From Paracoccus suum (lineage in GTDB: Bacteria; Pseudomonadota; Alphaproteobacteria; Rhodobacterales; Rhodobacteraceae), in assembly GCF_003324675.1 (NCBI RefSeq), contig NZ_CP030918.1:240001-272000 (forward strand): a DNA stretch of 32,000 nt. Direction: 5' to 3'. Under the pieces are notes generated by a model. That model was not told the origin of the DNA and ran no database searches. It worked only from the letters and a program-made list of their open reading frames with translations. Positions 26,362-32,000 of this stretch are shown in pieces. Both the position numbers and the translations under genes were made by a program. Positions within the stretch are counted from its first letter, which is position 1; each line of letters opens with the position of its first letter.

Positions 26362-26598
26362 GGTTCAGGCTCCGGCGAGGGGGGTCGCTGCGGTCTAACG
26401 CGAAACGCCTCGGGGCGGAAGCGCATTGACGGACGCGCGAAGACATGACGGCGCTGTCGCCGCGGGCCTTTGGCGGCTGGGTTGCGCGGGCTGGCCTGCG
26501 TGGGCGATATTGTCGTATGGCGCACATGCAGCGGCGGGCGCGATGCCCGCGCCTGCTTCACCGGCAGTTCCTGCCCGGACTGAGGTTCGCGGACGACC

Positions 26599-28791
26599 TT
26601 GACTGATCCCCTTCACTACGCTGCCGGCCAGCGGATCGGTGTGCTGACCACCGAGCCGGTCGGCCTGCTGGATTATCTCGCGCCCGAGGGCGGGGTGGCA
26701 CTGGGCCAGCTTGTCGTCGTGCCACTGGGGCCGCGCAGGGTGATGGGCTGCGTCTGGGGGCCGGGCGCAGGCGATTTCGACGCAGCGCGCCTGCGGCCCG
26801 TCGGCCGGCTGATTGACGCCGAACCGTTGGCCCCCTCGATGATCGAGTTCCTGAACCGCACCGCCGAATACACCCTGACGCCCCTGCCCCATCTGCTGCG
26901 AATGGCGACGCGCGCGCCGGGGCTGGCCGACCCGCCGGCCGCGCGCCGCGTGGTCCACCGCACCGGCGATCCGCCACAGCGGATGACAGATGCCCGCGCC
27001 CGCATCCTCGATACGCTCGACGAGCATGGTGGCGGTCCGCTGGAGCCGGGCGAGTTGGCGCGCCTCGCGGGGGTCGGCAGCAGCGTCGTCAAGGGCCTGA
27101 TCGCCGCCGGCACCCTGACCGAGACCGAGGCCGCGCGCGACGCCCCCTTCCCGCGCCTTGATCCGGGTCGGCCCGGCAAGCCTCTGTCACCCGACCAGCG
27201 CGCTGCCGCGGATAGCCTTGCCGCCGCCCAGCGCAAGGGCGGTTTCTCCGCGACCCTGCTGCGCGGGGTCACCGGCTCCGGCAAGACCGAGGCCTACCTG
27301 GAGGCGGTGGCCGAATGCCTGCGCCACGGCCGGCAGGCACTGGTCATGCTGCCGGAAATTGCCCTGTCGGCCGAGTTCCTCGACCGGGTCGAGGCGCGGT
27401 TCGGCGCGCGTCCCGGCGAATGGCACAGCGGCGTCACCGGGGCCGAGCGCCGGCGCCTGTGGCACATGGCCGGGCGGCACGGCGTCGATCTGGTGGTCGG
27501 CGCGCGCTCGGCCCTTTTCCTGCCGTTCCGCGACCTCGGCCTGATCGTCGTCGATGAAGAGCATGACAGCGCCTACAAGCAGGAGGATGGGGTCTGGTAT
27601 TCGGCCCGCGACATGGCCGTGCTGCGCGCTAGCATCGAGGGCGCGCAGGTCGTGCTCGCCTCGGCCACGCCCTCGCTGGAAAGCTGGGTGAACGCGCAGA
27701 CCGGCAAGTACGAGCGGCTGGACCTGCCCAGCCGGCACGGCACGGCCGAGTTGCCCGAGATGGCCGCCATCGACCTGCGGACAGAGGAGATGCGCCCCGG
27801 CACCTGGATCTCGCCCACGCTGGCCCGCGCGGTCGAGGCACGACTGGCCAGGGGCGAGCAGTCGCTGCTGTTCCTGAACAGGCGCGGCTATGCCCCGGTC
27901 ACGGTGTGCCGGGCCTGCGGCGCGCAGGTCGGCTGCGACGATTGCGATGCGCGGATGGTCGAGCACCGGGTGCTGAACCGCCTCGTCTGCCATCAGTGCG
28001 GCGCCACCAAACCGATCCCGACCGTCTGCCCGGCCTGCGGCGTGGAGGGGAAGATGGCGCCGGTCGGGCCGGGGGTCGAACGGCTCGCCGAAGAGGTCGC
28101 CGCCCGTTTCCCGAATGCCCGCGCGGCGATCCTCAGCAGCGACCTGTTCTCCAGCGCGCGGGCGCTGAAAGAGGCGATTGCCGGCATCTCGGCCGGCGAG
28201 GCGGACATCATCATCGGCACCCAGATGGTCGCCAAGGGGCACAACTTTCCCAACCTGACGCTGGTCGGCGTGATCGACGCCGACCTGGGGCTGCAGGGCG
28301 CGGACCTGCGCGCGGCAGAGCGCAGCTTTCAGCTGATGCAGCAGGTGGCCGGCCGCGCCGGGCGCGCGGGCGACCGGGGCGAGGCCCTGCTGCAGACTCA
28401 CCAACCCGACCACCCGGTCATTCGCGCGATCCTGTCAGGCGACGAGGAGGCGTTCTGGGACGCCGAGGCGGCAGCCCGCAGCCAGGCCGGAATGCCGCCC
28501 TTTGGGCGGCTGGTCGGCATCATCCTCAGCCATCCCGACCTTGGCGCGGTGACCGATTTTGCCCGACATCTGGCCGGGCGCGCCGCGCCGCTGGCCGAAA
28601 TCGGGGCCGAGCTGTGGGGGCCCGCCCCCGCCCCGATCACGCGCATCCGCGGACGGCATCGCGTGCGGATGCTGATCCGGGCGCCCCGGCAGGCGCCAGT
28701 GCAGGACGCCGTGCGCCGCTGGCTCTCGGGCGTGAAGTTGCCGACCAACATGCGCCTTGCGGTCGACATCGATCCGCAAAGCTTTCTCTAG
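26599..28791 (+). CDS. priA: primosomal protein N' / replication restart helicase PriA
   Basis: 730 aa with Walker A GVTGSGKTEAY and a DEAH-type box VVDEEHDSAYKQ. It has the Cys-rich zinc insertion (CRACGAQVGCDDCDARMVEH...CHQCG...CPACG) and GTQMVAKGHNFPNLTLVG. The ORF as tracked begins with TTG at 26599, so the exact start is uncertain. Confidence 0.9.
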   Translation: MTDPLHYAAGQRIGVLTTEPVGLLDYLAPEGGVALGQLVVVPLGPRRVMGCVWGPGAGDFDAARLRPVGRLIDAEPLAPSMIEFLNRTAEYTLTPLPHLLRMATRAPGLADPPAARRVVHRTGDPPQRMTDARARILDTLDEHGGGPLEPGELARLAGVGSSVVKGLIAAGTLTETEAARDAPFPRLDPGRPGKPLSPDQRAAADSLAAAQRKGGFSATLLRGVTGSGKTEAYLEAVAECLRHGRQALVMLPEIALSAEFLDRVEARFGARPGEWHSGVTGAERRRLWHMAGRHGVDLVVGARSALFLPFRDLGLIVVDEEHDSAYKQEDGVWYSARDMAVLRASIEGAQVVLASATPSLESWVNAQTGKYERLDLPSRHGTAELPEMAAIDLRTEEMRPGTWISPTLARAVEARLARGEQSLLFLNRRGYAPVTVCRACGAQVGCDDCDARMVEHRVLNRLVCHQCGATKPIPTVCPACGVEGKMAPVGPGVERLAEEVAARFPNARAAILSSDLFSSARALKEAIAGISAGEADIIIGTQMVAKGHNFPNLTLVGVIDADLGLQGADLRAAERSFQLMQQVAGRAGRAGDRGEALLQTHQPDHPVIRAILSGDEEAFWDAEAAARSQAGMPPFGRLVGIILSHPDLGAVTDFARHLAGRAAPLAEIGAELWGPAPAPITRIRGRHRVRMLIRAPRQAPVQDAVRRWLSGVKLPTNMRLAVDIDPQSFL

Positions 28792-28811
28792 CGCGGTCGC
28801 GGCATGCCTCG

Positions 28812-29918
28812 CTAGCCGCCAAGGCGGGGCGAGGCCCGGTCCAGCGCCAGTTCGGCATCCGAAAAGCGGATCGGCGTGCGCACGCCCGGCACGCCGTCGG
28901 GGGAGATCCGCAAGGCGCGGGCAATCACCTGCGGGTCGGCGAACACATCGGCCATGTCGTTGATCGGCCCGGCGGGGACGCCCGCCCCCTCCAGCCCGGC
29001 GAGCAGATCAGCGCGCTGCCAGCCGCGCGTCGCAGCCCCCAGCGTCGCGCTCAGCGCGTCGCGATTGGCGACCCGGTCGCCATTGGTGCGGTAATCGGGC
29101 GCATCGGCCAGCCCCGGCAGGCCCAGCAGCCCGACCAACCGACGGTATTGTCCGTCATTGCCGGCGGCGATGATGATCCAGCCATCTGCACATTCGAACA
29201 CCGCATAGGGGACGATATTGGGATGCGCATTACCCAGCCGCTGCGGCGCCTTGCCTGAGGCGAGGTAGTTCATCGCCTGGTTGGCCATCACCGCGACGCC
29301 GACGTCCAGCAACGCCATGTCGATCTGCTGACCGGTGCCGGTCTGGTCGCGCTGACGCAGCGCGGCAAGGATCGCGGTCGAGGCATAGATGCCCGTGAAC
29401 AGGTCGATGACGGCGACGCCGACCTTTTGCGGCTGGTCCGCCGGCTCGCCAGTCACGCTCATGAGGCCGCACATGCCCTGGATGATGTAATCATAGCCCG
29501 CACGATGCGCATAGGGGCCGTCCTGGCCAAAGCCGGTGATCGAGCAATAGATCAGCCGCGGGTTCAGCGCCTGCACCGACGGCCAGTCGAGGCCGTATTT
29601 CGCGAGGCCCCCCACCTTGAAATTCTCGATCAGAACGTCGGCCCCCTTGATCAGTGCGCGCACGCGCGCCTGACCCTCGGGGGTGCGGAAATCCGCGATG
29701 ACGCACTGCTTGCCGCGGTTGGCGGCGTGGTAATAGGCGGCCGAGCGCTCGCCCTCGCGCTCGACATAGGGCGGGCCCCACTGGCGGGTGTCGTCGCCCT
29801 CGGGGGCCTCGATCTTCGTGACCTCGGCCCCGAGATCGGCGAGGATCTGACCGGCCCAGGGGCCAGCCAGAATCCGCGCCAACTCGACGACCTTCAGACC
29901 CTCGAGGGGGGCCGGCAT
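28812..29918 (-). CDS. CaiB/BaiF family III CoA-transferase
   Basis: 368 aa with the N-terminus LEGLKVVELARILAGPWAGQILADLGAEVTKIE and the family blocks DVLIENFKVGGLAKYGLD and GYDYIIQGMCGLMSVTG. Its start overlaps the dsbA-like stop by 1 nt (TGATG). Confidence 0.88.
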   Translation of the reverse strand: MPAPLEGLKVVELARILAGPWAGQILADLGAEVTKIEAPEGDDTRQWGPPYVEREGERSAAYYHAANRGKQCVIADFRTPEGQARVRALIKGADVLIENFKVGGLAKYGLDWPSVQALNPRLIYCSITGFGQDGPYAHRAGYDYIIQGMCGLMSVTGEPADQPQKVGVAVIDLFTGIYASTAILAALRQRDQTGTGQQIDMALLDVGVAVMANQAMNYLASGKAPQRLGNAHPNIVPYAVFECADGWIIIAAGNDGQYRRLVGLLGLPGLADAPDYRTNGDRVANRDALSATLGAATRGWQRADLLAGLEGAGVPAGPINDMADVFADPQVIARALRISPDGVPGVRTPIRFSDAELALDRASPRLGG

Positions 29919-30715
29919 CAGTTTGCCGGCGCGGCGGGGGTGGCGGGGGCCGCAGCCCCTGCGGGCTTGGCCTCGGCCTCGGCCAGCTTCTGGTCAATCT
30001 TGGCCTTGAGGTCCTTCCACGCCTGGTTCGGAACCTTCTCGCCGCCGATGATGAAGGTCGGCGTGCCCTCCAGCCCGTCCTTGGTGGCGTTGCTCTGGTA
30101 CGTCGCGACCAGCCGCTCGATCATGGCGGTGTCGTTCCAGCAGGCGTCCATCTGCGCCTCGGTCATGCCAGCCGAAAGGCCAACCTTGCGCAGGTTGGCG
30201 GCGACTTCGTCACCCGACTTGGCCGGGGCCAGCCATTTGTCCTGCGTGGTCAGAAGCATCTCGCCGACGGGGTAGTATTTCGTCGGCTCGCAATGCGCGA
30301 GGATGCCGGACCAAAGGCCGACCGCATCGAAATAGACGTCGCGCTGGATGAAGCGGACCTTGCCGGTGTCGATATATTCCGACTTCAGGGTCGGAAAGTT
30401 CTCTTTGGCGAAATCCGCGCAGTGGCTGCAGGTGAACGAGGCGTATTCGATGATGGTCAGCGGCGCATCCGGCTGGCCGAGGACGATGTCATCCAGCAGC
30501 TTGGGTGCCGGGCCGGGCGTCGGCTCGGCGGGGGTGGCATCCGCTGCCTTGGCGTCGGCCGCGGGCGCGGCCGGGGCGGCGGGGGCAGCCGTGGTCGGCG
30601 CAGTCGCAGGGGCCGCGGTCTGGGCGGCGACCGGCAGCGCGGCAAAGCCCAGCGCGGCGCTTGCCAGCAGCACTGTGATCGTGCGGCGCAGGTTCGGGGT
30701 GGCGATGTCCGTCAT
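29918..30715 (-). CDS. DsbA-family thiol:disulfide oxidoreductase (periplasmic) with Ala/Pro-rich linker and tail
   Basis: 265 aa with a signal peptide (RRTITVLLASAALGFAALPVAAQ), then an A/P/T-rich ~45-aa linker. The thioredoxin-fold domain has the CXXC site FTCSHC. There is a C-terminal A/P-rich tail. The start overlaps the stop of the upstream DUF721 gene (ATGA). Confidence 0.85.
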   Translation of the reverse strand: MTDIATPNLRRTITVLLASAALGFAALPVAAQTAAPATAPTTAAPAAPAAPAADAKAADATPAEPTPGPAPKLLDDIVLGQPDAPLTIIEYASFTCSHCADFAKENFPTLKSEYIDTGKVRFIQRDVYFDAVGLWSGILAHCEPTKYYPVGEMLLTTQDKWLAPAKSGDEVAANLRKVGLSAGMTEAQMDACWNDTAMIERLVATYQSNATKDGLEGTPTFIIGGEKVPNQAWKDLKAKIDQKLAEAEAKPAGAAAPATPAAPAN

Positions 30716-31293
30716 GATTGGCGGGCCTTTCTGATGGTGTCCCTGTGGGACAGATAGAGGGTCGCAAAACGCGCCACCGCAGCGGCGAGTGTCGGGTCGT
30801 CAATTCCCTCGGCCGCGGCGCGGGCGCGGTCAAGCGCCTCCGGCCCTGGCGTCGGGGGTTCGGGGGCGGTTGGCCTAGCAAAGACGGCCTGCCCCTCGGC
30901 AAAGCCGGCCGGCGCGGTCTGGGTCAGCGTCACACGCGATACGGCATTCCAGCCGTAGCAGGCGTTCACCCGCTCGCGGATCTGCGGCAGCATCATTTCC
31001 AGCCGCGGGGCATTAGGGCCCGTCGTAAGCAACACCAGCGTTGCGCCGGGGGCCACGCTCGCGCCGGCAGGCCCGGCGTTGCGGGCATGGGTCATGCGAA
31101 CCGGCCGGCACAGCATGGCGATGTCGCGGCCCACGACCTCTGGCCAGTGGGTCAGCAGGCGCGCGACGGCAAAACCCCGCCCCTCGCCGGCACGCCGGAC
31201 GGCGTCGGCCAGCAGTCCGGCAGCAGGCTCGAACCCGCGCATCCTGCGGCGGGGGGCAGAGGCGGGCGTGCTTGAGGGCGTGCGGGCGGCCAT
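30712..31293 (-). CDS. DUF721-family protein (DciA-like)
   Basis: 193 aa with the DUF721-type pattern LLTHWPEVVGRDIAMLCRPVRM...ATLVLLTTGPNAPRLEMMLPQIRERVNACYGWNAVSRVTL. It is divergent from mutY and followed by a DsbA-family gene, as in many Alphaproteobacteria (from recall). The start is uncertain: an internal Met (MRGFEP) is an alternative. Confidence 0.65.
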   Translation of the reverse strand: MAARTPSSTPASAPRRRMRGFEPAAGLLADAVRRAGEGRGFAVARLLTHWPEVVGRDIAMLCRPVRMTHARNAGPAGASVAPGATLVLLTTGPNAPRLEMMLPQIRERVNACYGWNAVSRVTLTQTAPAGFAEGQAVFARPTAPEPPTPGPEALDRARAAAEGIDDPTLAAAVARFATLYLSHRDTIRKARQS

Positions 31294-31416
31294 ATCGCGG
31301 CCACTGTGACCCCGCGCCGCGCCCCGCGCCAGAGGCCGGGCACTGAAAATTGCGTGACAGGCCCGTCAACCTGGCACCATTGACAGCCCCGCGCCGCGCG
31401 GCCCACATCCCCCGCG

Positions 31417-32000
31417 ATGTCCCGTGGCCCGCAACCCCCCTCCCTCGATTTTGCGCCCGATCAGATCGCACCGGCGCTGCTCGGCTGGTATGATCGCCAT
31501 GCGCGCATGCTGCCTTGGCGTACGCCGCCGGGCAGCAATCAGCGGACCGACCCCTATCGCGTCTGGCTTTCCGAAGTTATGCTTCAACAGACTACCGTTG
31601 CCGCCGTGGCGGGCTATTTCCACCGCTTCACCGCCCGCTGGCCCACCGTCGAGGCCCTCGCCGCCGCGCCCGAGGCCGAGGTCATGGCCGCCTGGGCGGG
31701 CCTCGGATACTACGCCCGCGCCCGCAACCTGATCGCCTGCGCAGGTGCGGTCGCAGCACGCGGGGGCTTTCCGGACACACGGGACGAGTTGGCGAGCCTG
31801 CCCGGAATCGGCCCCTATACCTCGGCCGCCATCGCTGCGATCGCTTTCGATCGCGCCGAGACCGTGGTCGACGGCAACGTCGAGCGCGTGACCGCGCGCC
31901 TCTTTGCGGTCGAGACACCGTTGCCCGCTGCAAAGCCGGAACTCACACGCCTCGCGGGGCTACTGACCCCGCAGCACCGGCCCGGCGATTTCGCGCAGGC
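31417..32000 (+). CDS. mutY: A/G-specific adenine DNA glycosylase MutY (5' part; runs off the window)
   Basis: This frame is absent from the ORF track because it has no stop in the window. My own translation from the ATG at 31417 is MSRGPQPPSLDFAPDQIAPALLGWYDRHARMLPWRT...YRVWLSEVMLQQTTVAAV...GLGYYARARNL...LPGIGPYTSAAIAAIAF...VDGNVERV, which gives the HhH-GPD motifs of MutY. Confidence 0.88.
   Translation, partial: MSRGPQPPSLDFAPDQIAPALLGWYDRHARMLPWRTPPGSNQRTDPYRVWLSEVMLQQTTVAAVAGYFHRFTARWPTVEALAAAPEAEVMAAWAGLGYYARARNLIACAGAVAARGGFPDTRDELASLPGIGPYTSAAIAAIAFDRAETVVDGNVERVTARLFAVETPLPAAKPELTRLAGLLTPQHRPGDFAQ

Noticed and set aside
26599-26601. The TTG start of priA as a possible sign of a mis-called or truncated gene.
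   Set aside because: The N-terminal region encoded right after it (GQRIGVLTTEPVGLLDYLAPEG...VVVPLGPRRVMGCVWG) matches the conserved PriA N-terminal DNA-binding domain. The gene must therefore start at or near this position. The first in-frame ATG would delete that domain.
1-32000. Search for CRISPR arrays, tRNA/rRNA genes, IS elements or transposases, phage genes, toxin-antitoxin pairs, restriction-modification genes or other defence genes.
   Set aside because: I saw no regularly spaced repeats, no cloverleaf-like RNA genes in the intergenic gaps, and no ORF with transposase, integrase-of-island, nuclease/ATPase-defence or TA-like features. All well-supported ORFs are housekeeping or metabolic. 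This rests on reading by eye. tRNAscan, Infernal, and a DefenseFinder- or PADLOC-type run would be the decisive checks.

Overview
This is a visibly GC-rich window (about two-thirds G+C by eye). It reads as a densely packed core chromosomal region of an alphaproteobacterium, probably Rhodobacterales (Paracoccus- or Rhodobacter-like). That assignment is inferred from gene content and synteny only. I can support 31 protein-coding genes, two of them truncated by the window edges.

Gene order:
- def, a degenerate def paralog, fmt and a His-rich CDF metal exporter (+ strand).
- A minus-strand string: ruvC, ruvA, htpX-like, ruvB, a PaaI thioesterase and an NmrA/QorB-like oxidoreductase.
- dapA, divergent from a large Slt70-type lytic transglycosylase.
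- A peptide-type ABC importer module (two permeases plus a fused double ATPase).
- An MFS_3 transporter with an extra C-terminal domain.
- Creatinase.
- A GlsB/YeaQ stress membrane protein.
- A YkuD L,D-transpeptidase lipoprotein.
- A very basic Lys/Ala-rich low-complexity protein.
- An SLT-SPOR lytic transglycosylase.
- A family-5 ABC substrate-binding protein.
- Phosphatidylcholine synthase.
- DUF484-xerC.
- Transaldolase/Fsa.
- priA.
- A caiB-family CoA-transferase, dsbA-like and DUF721 (dciA-like) string.
- The 5' part of mutY.

I found no tRNA, rRNA, CRISPR array, transposase/IS, phage gene or recognisable defence gene. The only recombinase is housekeeping XerC. I see no convincing novel multi-gene system, so the findings are moderate-interest oddities in an otherwise ordinary region:
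- A catalytically degenerate deformylase paralog wedged between def and fmt.
- A His-rich CDF transporter translationally coupled to fmt.
- An M48 protease gene inserted between ruvA and ruvB.
- A histone-H1-like Lys/Ala-rich protein sitting between two cell-wall enzymes.
- An ABC importer whose binding-protein gene lies about 7 kb from its permeases.
- A 385-bp intergenic region with an ECF-like promoter, a direct repeat and a perfect palindrome.

Most long ORFs in the six-frame track are antisense or alternate-frame artefacts of the high GC content.
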